Shown here: positions 52,226 through 64,000 of the stretch, piece after piece
Layout of the letters: every line of letters starts with the position of its first letter
Position numbering within the stretch: position 1 is the first letter of the stretch
From: Octopus vulgaris
Lineage: Eukaryota
Direction: 5' to 3'
Length of the DNA: 64,000 nucleotides
Assembly (NCBI GenBank): GCA_951406725.2
Contig: OX597832.1
Span: 6,634,001-6,698,000 of the forward strand
Translations under genes and position numbers: made by a program
The notes under the pieces: generated by a model
Database searches by the model: none
What the model was told of the DNA's origin: nothing
Seen by the model: the letters and a program-made list of their open reading frames with translations, nothing else

Positions 52226-53241
52226 CTGGAAGCCATAAGCAATTGCATATTGATCCACAACACCTATGTAAGGTACAAAAACAAAATTAAAATAAATTAG
52301 TCAATACTAATTGTATAAGCCTTGTATTTATAATATACACACAGTCAACTCATTGGGGATTTAGAGCATCAGTATAATCTGCATGTAGTATCCTCAGGAT
52401 ATGTCAACATGACAGAACTCATGCTACTAAATCAGTAATGTTAGTGCTGATGATCTCACAATGAAAATAGCAGTTATTGAATAATTTTACAGTGAAAATC
52501 TCTTTCAGTTGCAGTCTTTTGCATCCTCTGCTCTCCAGTTTGCTATGACTAAAGGTTTTGTTTTTTTTAATGTTAAGGTTAAATATTTATTCCCTGCACC
52601 AGAATGTTACATAGAATCAATTGCTTAACCTTTTCCAATCAGACATATCGTTCACATCTCAGCGCATTGATTTATGGAGAGGAGAGAAATATTGTGATAC
52701 ACATGCCTCCTTTCCTTAGAGCATTAATTGCACAAGTGAAGAGAAATAGCTTACAGGTGGGAATCAAGAGCCAAGTCACAAAAGCCCTATCTCTGTTTTG
52801 CTGAAGCTACTAACTTATTAAAAGGCAAACCCTGATACCGGATAAAGAACACAGTAGTAATAAGAAAATCAATAAATAAGGCTGCTTTATTTCTTCTTCC
52901 CTCCTTTCTTCAAAAAATTCAGAGAGTTTCAAGAATCTAGTTCTTAATGCTGATTCTACTTTGATCCTTTATGTACTGGTTCCTATATTTGGTCCATCTT
53001 TCAATTACTTCTCAAAGAGAAACATTACTGTTGAGAAATATAAGGTATGTTTTCTAAATAGTTTATACTGGGTTTGCTGTTTCCATTAACTCTCTTCATG
53101 CAACACTATTGAAGTATCAAGTTCTTGCTAATAAAAGAGTGTTGGAAATGGTTCTATATATCCTAAAGTGCAAAATTGCAACTCATTATTTTTTTTATAT
53201 TCTCTATAAGACATACACTCACAGACCCTCTCCCCCTCGTT

Positions 53242-53272
<31 letters not shown>

Positions 53273-53836
53273 GAAAAAAACTCAATATATATAATATTTT
53301 TTGCTTTTTATTATACACACACACTGTTTTAATGATGCTAATGTGGGAGGTTGATTCTATTGATGTAATGCAGTGAACATTGTACCCAAGTCCCACCAAG
53401 GAGATATGGGTTCAACTCCCACCAGCTTTCACATTTTTACTTTATCATGTTTGAACTCTTTGTAACTGCATATTTCATTTTAAAACTCAAACACATATAT
53501 ATATATACATACACATATATATATATATATATATATGTGTGTGTAATTTTACTTCTCTCTGTCTCTCTCACACACATGCGCGCACGCACTCACACACACA
53601 CACACACATTTTCTCTCACACGCACAACACACAGATGTACATACTTTTCTCTCTCATGAACAGTGAAAAATGTGTTATTCGACTGAATATGAGATCAGAG
53701 AATATGTTAATTTCCATAATGAGCCTGGTGAGTCAGCCACATCCTGTATGTATGTGAAAGCTTGATGTAAATCTCTTTCTTTGTTATTATTCATCCCCTC
53801 CTATAAAATGATGCAGTGCCTTTTAGCTTTCATTAC

Positions 53837-53888
<52 letters not shown>

Positions 53889-56419
53889 TAGCTCTCATTA
53901 CTTCTCTCTCTCTCTCTCTCTCCTTCGTGTTATGTTTTTAAATCTATATATTGAAGGCTCCCTTTCCTTTTTATTTATTTGTTAGGCCTCAGTACACGAT
54001 GTAAGCTAGTTGTTATAACACCTACCACATAACAAAACGGACTTAAAACATGGCAGTTACTCTCTTGCCCAAACACCCTGGATGTTACACACACACATAC
54101 ACATCATGCATTTGTGTGTGTGTGTGTGTGTGTATGTATATATCTGCATACATGCATATGCACACACACACACATACACTAATACACATATATATGGTAC
54201 ACTGAAATTCATTCCTGAACATATATAAATACTTGCACCTTTATCATTTCCAAATAAAAAGTGTGAGTGTGTATTCTAAACAATTGAAAAGTTCCTAGTC
54301 ATTTGTTCAAAAAGGTAAAAGTAAAAAGCAATAAGGTGTTGAGAAATCATTGGAGTTCAAGGTGTCTAGTACTTGGTTTATGTCAACTCAAGGCAATTGG
54401 AAAACATACCCACTTTATTCTGATGAAGTGTTCAACATAAACTGTTAATTTACATTTTACACACACACACACATACACACATACACACACTATCTGGATA
54501 ATTAACTATTAACTCTTTGAGAACATCTGTGGTTGAATAAGTGAAGCAGCTGTGGTTGAATAAGCCATCTGACATATTTGTTTTGGGACCAAGTGAGAAA
54601 TGAAACACTTCCATTTCTGTTGTAGATGGGTGAAATACATACAACCATGAAGAAATGTATCTAATATTAATGAAATTCCTCCCATCAAACTCTTATTTGG
54701 GAAAATTCCTCTCTTTAAGTATTTCTGAATCACTTTTATCTCAAATATAATGAAGAGAAAATATTTGCTTCACCTGTTGAGTGGGATTTTCAAATTTCCC
54801 TTAAATTCCTTGTCCTAAAAATTGTTGCAAGTTTGGGTGGTGGGGGTTCAGTTTTTTTGAGTTTTTTTTTTTTTTTTTTAAAGCAACAGATCACCACACG
54901 ATGGTCCACATAATGAAGGCTAGAATGTTTTTTTTATAAGGAAGTTCAATCTAATCCAACCCAATATGCAAGGTTATCCTATATTGGGAAAACTGGGTGT
55001 GGAGTTTGATTCTGAATAATATGATACCAAAAAGAGGATCTTTTGGTTCTTACTTCCTATTTACTATCATATTTTTAGTCATTGTTTAACCCAAGTCAGT
55101 CTTAACTGAATAGATCCAAGACCAAAAGCATTCAGTGACAACTATCACAATTTTTGTATATACAAGAAGAAATTGTTCAATGTTTTCTTCAGTTTTTAAG
55201 ACAGTAAGATATGATTTGAGGAGAATCTGGCTAATATTTTTTGCACATCAAGCAATAGTTGAGAGGATCCCTTATTAATTTTGGCCTTATACCTAGTTTT
55301 TCAGCATAAAAATGTCTTCAATTTCTGCTCTAAACCTGAACTCACTGGCTTTTCTTGTCTTCTTTGTAAATTAAAAAATAGTTCTTATCACTTTTATCAG
55401 TGTTACCCCTAAAGGTGTTCATTTTACTGTTTCCTAGACCCAAGTCACTATTTTGTTCTTCTTTGTTCACGTTAGTTCTCTTCCTGTTCACGTGAAGGTT
55501 TATTAGTGTTTATCATTTTATAGTAATTAAAGTAATCATGAGCCCAATATGTCTGAAAATGATTATTAATAAACACTCCAATACATATATTACATTCTAT
55601 TGAAGACAGATTGTTCACAAAATAATAGGAAAAAGAGTGTCAGAGTAACTAGCTTTAAAAAAATGCCTATGGGCTGTTTCATTTCACAAACCCACTAAAC
55701 AAATAGTGCAATCATTTTTTTTTTAAACAATAGTATTTATACTTAATGCTCTGTCTTGTGACCTCATCATTAAAATTTGCCAAAATTTACTGTTAATCAC
55801 TTTTAAACAAAAATTTGTCCTCCATTATGATTTCATAGTCTTTTTTTTTCTTTCTCTTTTTTTTCTGTTAGTCAGTGATGTAATAGTTTTACATTTTCAT
55901 TCAAATCTATCTGAAATCTTTGATTAATTTTCTGAAAATTTTCACCTTACAATGCAACAATCTGATAATTTATTCTGATTCTCCAGTTTGATAACCTATC
56001 AGTACAATATCTCTATTTCTCTCTTTACTTGATGCCAAGTCTTTCTGTTAAATATATCATCTATGTTCTGTGTCAAGTTTAAATTTGTACTGAAGCTGTC
56101 CAATGCTACACCACTCTACAATAATCATAAAATTTTACAATAAACATTTCTATAAAAGAGTGTCTCTTCCAAGTTGACCATTATCACGTTCCCTAGATAC
56201 AGAGCACTTCAGATGTTTTGATGTTCGTGAACCTAATCAATGCAAATCTAAACAACTTCACCAAGTTTGCCTTTATACATGATGCAAGTTTTGATGATAT
56301 TAGTCGGAATCGGTGAAAATAAGAAGCTAGATTCAAAAATCGATTATGAATTTAGTTTACTAGGAACTGAACTATACTCTATAGATCTATATGCCCGTTT
56401 TATTTAGTCCTCAGTCATG

Positions 56420-57510
56420 ACCTCCAGTAGTGCTTACAACTATCTTGGTCTTCCATGCATCTTACTAGCTGTCCAGTTTAATATATCCCCGTATGTTGGT
56501 GTAGAACACCTCTACTGTTATGCCCATATGGTGGCTTCCATATTACCGGCTGGCTGGCTAAGATCGTCTGGTGTCTCCAGCAACAATAAGCCAACCTCAT
56601 TCTTATGACTGCTATTTTCTCACTCATCCTTTGTAACCCCTACAGATGATTGTTGCTAACATTTTCATTCAGTTTACTGTTAACTACTGCTTGCCACATC
56701 CTGATATAGCATCCGTTCAGAGACTTCTGCAGGGTAATCATCAAGGTCCAGCAATCACAGATTCTACAATTGCACTGAAGCTAAACTTGATATGGCCATG
56801 TCATTCAGAGCCTTTCATGCTTTTACCTTCCTTGCTTTGATGGGGTTTTTTGGTCTGATGAATTGGCCCGTGATCTCAGGTATTTGAATTCTGACTTACT
56901 GCAAAGCAGTGCCTCTTGTTGGATGGTCTGGGAGAATATTGTTGACAATGACCTTGTTTTCATGTCATTTAACCCTTTAATATTTAAACCAGCCATATCC
57001 AGCCAAATATTCTACCTCTTTTATGTTCAAACTGACTAGATCCAACATCTTACACCTACCCTACATAGTCATTCGAAAGATAAACAATCACGTCGTCACA
57101 ATCTCAAAGTTATGAGATAATGCATGATTAATTCAAAACATTGTGAATAAACAAGCATTACATTTGACAGAATAATCTGAATGCTAAAGGGTTAACCGAA
57201 CACCAGTGTTGGCACACTCTTTCTCCACTCTGTTTAAGAGCTCCTCGCTTGCTATGCCTATCAGACAGCATGCTGATAGCCAGGTCCATAAAGACTATAG
57301 CAAGGAGTTGTCTAGACCCCAAAGGTATAACGATAAAGCAAAGTTCCTGTTCCAAGCCATTGTTGGCTTTACCAGGACTGCAATGAAGAGAATGTCTCTT
57401 GTAATAACCCTGCCAGAATGTTGTTGTCATCTGGGGATCACTACTTTTGTTCTTGTAGGCCACTGTAGTTGTGATATAGAGAGAAGAAAGCACATCAGAG
57501 AACCTAAGTT
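56420..57510 (-). pseudogene. Old RTE-clade RT relic interrupted by a MITE
   Basis: Minus-strand remnants ILAGLLQ (cf. AGVLQGD) and RMRLAYCCWRH..LASQ (cf. RRLRLAGHCxRH). Confidence 0.6.
56969..57195. mobile_element. piggyBac-type MITE
   Basis: TTAAccctttaa...ctaaagggTTAA; 227 bp; homologous to 6937 and 38129. Confidence 0.85.
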
Positions 57511-57866
57511 GTAGTGTGTTGCTGAAAGATAAATAAATGATCCAAAATTACTTAAAGTATCAACAAATTGTTTTTTGTTGATAACAATCAGATATATGAT
57601 GATGGTGATGATGATTGTGTGTCTATATGTGTGTTCAACTAGTTATGTGTTAAGGTGAGAACAATAACCTTTTTTAGTTATTCTTTTAACTATTCCCACT
57701 TGATTCATGATTGATACATAATATGATTAGTCATTTAAGTAAATTAAATATAGGACAAGCAAAAAAACTGATTATATGATAAACTTTGTCTTTCAACAAC
57801 AAAAACTAGATAAATTTTCCAATTGATCTTAAATTTAACATTATTTTAATATATATTATACATATA

Positions 57867-58050
57867 GGCGTAGGAGTGGCTGTGTGGTAAGTAGCTTGCT
57901 TACCAACCACATCGTTCTGGGTTCAATCCCACTGCGTGGCACCTTGGGCAAGTGTCTTCTACTATAGCCTCGGGCCGACCAAAGCCTTGTGAGTGGATTT
58001 GATAGACGGAAACTGAAAGAAGCCCGTCGTATATGTGTGTGTGTATATAT

Positions 58051-58102
<52 letters not shown>

Positions 58103-58322
58103 CGTATATGTTTGTGTGTCTGTGTTTGGCCCCCCAACATCGCTTGACAACCGATGCTGGTGTGTTTAGGTCCCCGTAACTTAGCGGTTTGGCAAAAGAG
58201 ACCAATAGAATAAGTACTAGGCTTACAAAGAATAAGTCCTGGGGTCGATTTGCTCGACTAAAAAGGTGGTGCTCCAGCACGGCCACAGTCAAATGACTGA
58301 AACAAGTAAAAGAGTAAAGAGA
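57867..58322 (+). mobile_element. Young full-length tRNA-derived SINE family C with a central (TA)n
   Basis: A box gtggctgtgtggt, B box gggttcaatccc, gcaccttgggcaagtg core, CpGs retained; many homologues in the window. Confidence 0.92.
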
Positions 58323-59299
58323 GATATATTTTTTAATATGTGTAATATATATATATATTAATGAAAGTAATTGTATTAAGATAGGTAATAGGTGGTGGTG
58401 TTCTGACCACTATATTATTGAAAGCATTAATTTGCTGCCTCTAATACTCTTGATTATACTTGGGTATAGGCATGACTCTGTTTAAGTACTCTAGTTTACA
58501 ACCATGTAGTTCTTGGTTCAGTTCTACCACACTACACTTTTGCAAGTCTCCAGGTCAACAAGTACTTTCCAAGTGGAATTTGGTAGATAGAAACTTGCAT
58601 GGCAGTTCGTCATATGTATTTAGGAATGTCTGTGTGCCTTTTGTTGATTTATATTGGCAGAGAACATAAACATCAGTGTAAAAACAAAAATGAAAAACAA
58701 TTCTTTTCCAACAAAGTCCCTTACCTTGGGTTAAACATTCTGTCAGTCTCACTGTTAGAAATACTGAAAATCAATGATCAACCTGTTGGAAGCCTATAAC
58801 CAATGATGTTAGTGTTAAAAAATCACTATATAAAATAAATAAGCTTTACTGCTATATAAACCATTGTCCTTGTTGACTTTAATGCAGACTTCAGATTACA
58901 ACCACTTAATTACAAATGATCTGTATTTTGTCTCTTTTACCAACAATGGTTCTGGCTCCCCTGGACTTCCTAATTATATTGCACCTAAACTGAAACCTAC
59001 TTCTATTCTGACTGCTTAGGAACTATACTAGACTCACTAAATCTTTCCTCCTTGGTTTTGTATTCTCTGGAATTCCTTCTCATGCTTTTATTCTCCCCCA
59101 CACACATACACACCAACCGTCAATTGTAAAAGTTCAAATTCAATATTTTACTATATCACATCCAATTCTGTTACCCTTATTCCCACAGCTCATAGGATAA
59201 GAAGATCCTTATCAAATTAACTAGAGAAAAAAATATCTTTTTTAGTATTCTAATACTGGCATTGACTCTGTGATTGGTTGGCATTCCATTGACGAGGAG

Positions 59300-59800
59300 T
59301 TCCACCTCTCATTTATTTAACACTGCAATTAATTCCCACTTAGTACGTTGTGCCAGCTCAACAGACAGTCTAGTCTCAACAGTACAAATACACACTCACT
59401 GCTCATACCAGGGAAACAGTCTTTTGTGTTATCCTTTCTAGTTATGGACAACACACCACTAAAACTATCAAAAGTCAATGCTTCAACTCTATTTGCTGAT
59501 CATCTATGAAACTTAAGACCTGCAATAGAGTATGGCTCTCACACAGCACATACGTATCCTAAACAATATTATAACAAAACCTATTCAACTGACTGGCAAC
59601 GAAACTCTCAGCAGCACATTAAAAATGTGCCCCACAGATGTGCTGTCTTCTCTGTCTTTGTTACAATAGACTGATTCTCTGAAGTAATGAGTTGCATATC
59701 ATCTCCTGCCAGGATCTCCCATTTCTTCTCTTTGTATGCTACAACAAATGGAATGGTCATGGTTGGAATACTTTTCAAAGAATGAAAAACTATCATTTAA
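59300..59800 (+). mobile_element. Possible heavily decayed LINE RT relic
   Basis: ttaagacctgcaatagagtatggctct translates as LRPAIEYGS (cf. IRPxLEYGS); boundaries are uncertain. Confidence 0.35.
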
Positions 59801-60386
59801 AAACAAATAGATCAGCACATAGGGAGAAAAATTCTGGGGAGTTAACTGTGCACAAACAAAGAGAATCTCAAGTAAATAACAAAAAGAGTCACCCCAGCAC
59901 CATAAATCTCACACACTTACAAACAAGCAACACATAGAATCAAGAACAGAAATGTACTTTCAATTGCAACAGAACACACCACTGAGCTAACTACAAAGTC
60001 TCCAGATCAGACATCATTTTCTGTCTCACAACTGCATCACAAACTATTTCTTTGGCCAACTTGCCTGTCATAACAACACACACTCGCATATCTCCGAACA
60101 AAATAGGCAAAAAAATCTGTTACAAAATTGGAAAATAAAATGGGGACATTTTTTTATCAAGAATTAGTTCAAAGAATCCAGCAATACTATAATCACGAAA
60201 GTTGACACTGCAGTACATACATTCAGCAACACCACAACCATCAACACTACCATCCTATGTTGTATAGGATTCTGCAGTAAAATACATTCAAGACCAACAC
60301 AGTCAGGAATGTAGACAGTACAGTACACCACTAAACTCAGCTGGTGTTTAAGTAATGCGTTTGTGGATAGTTGATAGGTTGGGTGT

Positions 60387-60431
60387 GGTGCTGATGAAAG
60401 AGCAATAATTCTTGAAATATGCACGTACACC
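60387..60431 (+). ncRNA. Type I hammerhead ribozyme motif (solo, third sequence family)
   Basis: ggtg-CTGATGA-aagag[caataa]ttctt-GAAA-tatgcac-GTA-cacc. Helix I is ggtg/cacc, helix II has 5 bp, and the triplet is GUA. Confidence 0.65.
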
Positions 60432-61349
60432 CATTTCCTATTTTTTTCTATCTTTGATCACATTGTTTACATAGACATATTTGTATATGAAACATTGTAA
60501 CTTGCAGTGCTGGCTCTGAATTCTATTGAAAATCTATAGAGATAAACTTAAAAATGAGTATATAAATATATATTCAATAACACTACATAGACATGTCTCA
60601 TATATGCAACGTCACAAGCACTAGCATAGACACTGCAGTAAATACATTCAACAATACAATATCAATGATAACGAAGATAATGCAGTACATATAACAACAC
60701 TACTATCAAAGTAGCTACTACCTGCTAAAAATAGCAGCCAAATCTTTCTTAAATTGTCTCCATGAAGGACATGTTGGATGATATGGTCCTTAGTCTGAAA
60801 TGTGTATTAAAAAAGTTGGGTGGTCACAGCTAGAATGCTTTTGCTCATAATTCTCTTTGATCTAGACTGACTTGAGGGCCAAACGATAATAGAAACACTG
60901 TAGTATATACATTTAATAACACCACAATCATCATCATGGGTTAAACAGTATATACATTTAACAGCATAGCTGCCAACACAGACTGCACAGTATTCAACAA
61001 CACCAAATAGATACCACAATACATTGAACAGTGCCACCATTCCCAGCACAGATATTACAGAACGTATATTCAACAACACAGCCACCAATGTAGATGCTAC
61101 ATTCAACAACCACACAATTACAAGAGTCTCAATTTATGAGAAATAGCAGCAAATCTCCCTCAAATTACACTCTACCATCTTAGAAAAGGGCATGCTGGAT
61201 AATGTGGTTCTAGGTTCCTTGCACATAGGGAAAAGAAAGGATTGTTTCAGCTGTTGTGTGCCTTTGAGTATAGGTCTGCTTGATCAGATCTGACCAGGGG
61301 CTAAACAACAATAGCATAGATACTACTACATATCTTCAATAATATCACA

Positions 61350-62240
61350 TACAAAGCAGTACTCAGAAGTAACCAAGAAATGTTCTGTGGTGGTCAAGCT
61401 TGTTGTAGTTCAGGCTTCCGTCACTAGAAGCCACCCTCAGGCGTTAGTATGCAGACCAGTGTCATCAAGTGAAGTCATACTGCCACTTGTTTTGCAGTGT
61501 TTCTCCCCTGTTCGTTGATTTTTGCAATGGGTGAAACAAAGGAACAGCTTGCTTCTATGAAATTCCATTTTCTGCTGGGGAAAATGGCAGCCGAAACAGT
61601 TGTCATGCTTCAGACAGCTTACAATGATCTTGTGCCATGAGCAAAATCCAAGTTTACAAGTGGTTTTCACACTTTAGGAATGGTCACTTGTCACTTGAAG
61701 ACCAACCTTGTTCGGAGTGTATGTCGACCTCCCGAATGAATGAAAACATCATGAAAATTCATGAACTGATCTTGGAAGGCCATCACTGAACAATTAACAA
61801 ACTTATTGATATGACATATGTACTGGAGCTCCTGCCAACGAATTTTGAGTGAGGAATTGCAAATAAAAAGAGTTGCAGCAAAATCTGTGCCTTGCTTGTT
61901 CATGGAAGATCAAAAGCAGTCATGATTGAATGCGTGTTGTGAACTGAAAGAACAGTTGGAAATTGATCTGGAACTCTTTTTGAAAGTTGTCACTGGTGAT
62001 GAAAACTGGTGCTATAGAATTTGTAGATGTGGAAGAGGTGGAGGAAAATAAAACAACAGAGGTTTTAAAAGGCATCACTTTTCCAAGAGTTCCAGCACTG
62101 CTTTGAACAGTAGAAAATGTCTGGACAATGCATTGCTTCAAATGGAGAATACTTTGAAGGTGATAAAAGTGTAAACATGTAAAACCAATTGAATAAAATA
62201 ATACTGCAAAATTCTGGTTTCTTTTGGGTACACCCTCATA
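61350..62240 (+). mobile_element. Internally deleted mariner transposon
   Basis: TA ends and degenerate TIRs; remnants LLGKMAAETVVMLQTAY, RVAAKSVP, VVTGDENWCY and CIASNGEYFEGDK; the catalytic middle is deleted. Confidence 0.88.
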
Positions 62241-63489
62241 CACACTACATTACATACATTCATGACATATACATTATATGCATCCAACACCACTGTGACC
62301 AACATAGATGCTGCATACATTCAATGCACCACAATCATTAGACAATGCAATAAATACATTCCATTAGTTGAGAGGGGATTGTATCTGATAGAAGAAAAAG
62401 TGATGAAATAATTGGACCATTGCTACTGGATTAACAAGGTTAAAAATTGGAAACAAATGAATGCACAAAGAGAAATATATAAAAGAAAAGAGTAGTTGAA
62501 TTTTCCATTATTAATTAATATTTAATATCTTTTAATATCTCTACTGCTTAGTATCCATAGATATTGTAACATTATTTATATAAACCTGTGTGTTAGCTGT
62601 AGACACTACAAACACACATTTGCATGCAATAGTTAGTAGTTTATACAACTATCACTTACATTGTACTGTGTCTCTGGTTCAAGTCCTCAGTTTCAGATAG
62701 GTACTATGAGTATGTTATTGAAGACTGCATCTTAAGTTTTACTTGTTCTACATTCCAAAACACTTGCAAATGAGAAATATCAGCCATAAAGAAAGGTATG
62801 AGCTGTGAGTTTAATGAAATGACCCACGTGGGTATTGAAATGGTTTGCTATTGCTCTTTAACATAGGTACATTAACTTGCTATACTGAATTAAAATATCC
62901 TCCTTGGTTATTCAAGTAGATTGATATTATTATTAGTACAATAGATGAGTGCCAAAGAGGTGAGTCCTCAACCAGTTGTGGATGTTGGAATTCATCTCAC
63001 TTGGTTACTGTGCTCATGGGAGCACCCATTTACTTTCAAACAGAACTGCAATTTTTGTGCCTACTTTGGAAAATTCAAGTCAAGTTTATTCTTCTTCTAG
63101 AAATGTTACATTACTTATACAATGCATCTTAGCCATTTAACTGACTAAGGTCACCCTACTATGATGCAACTGCTTTTTACTTGTTCATGCTAACTTTTCA
63201 TGTGTTTATTGATACCTCAATAGGAAAATTGAACAATTTTATCAATAAGATGTTGAAATTCTGATGATTTTTTATTGATAATTGAGGAGAGAGGGTGCAT
63301 TTCCAGTGTGTCTGTTTTCCTACTTTTCATATGTGCTTTTGTGCCACGTTTTATTATGTACATGTATACATACACATGCAGTCTTCTAACAATAAAACTA
63401 GCTAGATAATAAAGTTAAATATTTTATTTATTTCTGCAGATGTTATTTTCCTATTAGCTAGGTCTGGATGAAGGGGGTCAATGCATAAG

Positions 63490-63990
63490 GTCATCACAGG
63501 TTCTCCATGATAAAACTTATGCTGTTAATGTTCCAGTGAAACTATTGCAGGTTGATGGCTGTGAAAGAGACTTGCATGATGAGAGAATTACATGTGTGGT
63601 TGAGGTTTTGTGGTGGAAAAGCTGGGTAGGATGGATGTAACATGGGTGACAAGAGGTGAAAAGCCTAGTGAATCAAAAGTGCTTGGCTCAAGCTCGGCCA
63701 GCTCCAAGAAGCAGAAACCATTCTGTTGATTCATAGGGTGGCTTTTCTCTGGATTTCATCTGAGTTATCACTTGTGTGCAGCAGAAAACTCATCCCAGAT
63801 GCATGAATAGTTCTCCATTGTGGGTCTCACCTGAGCCTTGTAAATGACTTGTAGTTGTTGAGAGCTGAAGTATTTGTGGCTGCAAAGAGAAGGGGGTCAG
63901 TCTTTGAGATGTAGTCTAAGTCATGTTAACTATGTATAGTAGACAGATAATCAGTTGGTTGATCTTTCCAAATCACTGATATCCAACAAA
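63490..63990 (-). pseudogene. CR1/Jockey-type LINE RT C-terminal relic
   Basis: Minus strand reads YFSSQQLQVIYKAQVRPTMENYSCIWD...DEIQRKA (cf. LYKAQVRPxMEYCSHIW). Confidence 0.75.
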
Positions 63991-64000
63991 AGCATTTGCT

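Larger units (their letters stand above)
60180..62365 (+). repeat. Degenerate ~40-bp AC-rich minisatellite array with nested insertions
   Basis: Variants of gacactgcagtaaatacattcaacaacaccaca recur from about 60204 to 62360. Confidence 0.7.

Noticed and set aside
54415-54450. CTGATGA-a-gtgt[tca]acat-aaac motif; similar weak hits near 30095 and 52448
   Set aside because: No intact GAAA or helix I, so indistinguishable from chance.
57643-57654. 12-nt ctag|...aag|gtgaga unit
   Set aside because: No pyrimidine tract, and it has an in-frame stop.
57867-57940. tRNA gene
   Set aside because: A/B boxes are present but there is no acceptor stem; it continues into a multicopy SINE body.

Overview
AT-rich eukaryotic DNA, almost all intronic. 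The SINE, RTE and microsatellite content suggests an octopus (inference). The only clear host gene is a + strand Src42A/FRK-type non-receptor tyrosine kinase, seen as three GT-AG exons (37508-37671, 37824-37992, 40122-40280) covering the SH2 C-half, linker and kinase N-lobe/hinge. I did not find its other constitutive exons here. The rest is transposon material: a young 5'-truncated RTE LINE with a PHD finger inside the RT, other RTE/CR1-type relics, two mariners, a Helitron, TTAA (piggyBac-type) MITEs and tRNA-derived SINEs. Two unannotated systems stand out. (1) Fold-back Penelope-type elements carry minimal hammerhead ribozymes in both arms (39-536, 18609-18958, 34593-34913); there are also solo hammerheads and a GIY-YIG endonuclease relic. 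(2) A series of candidate frame-preserving phase-1 microexons lies in the long intron after 40280 and could build a modular, tyrosine-bearing kinase insert. Both were read by eye and need computational or RNA-seq confirmation.
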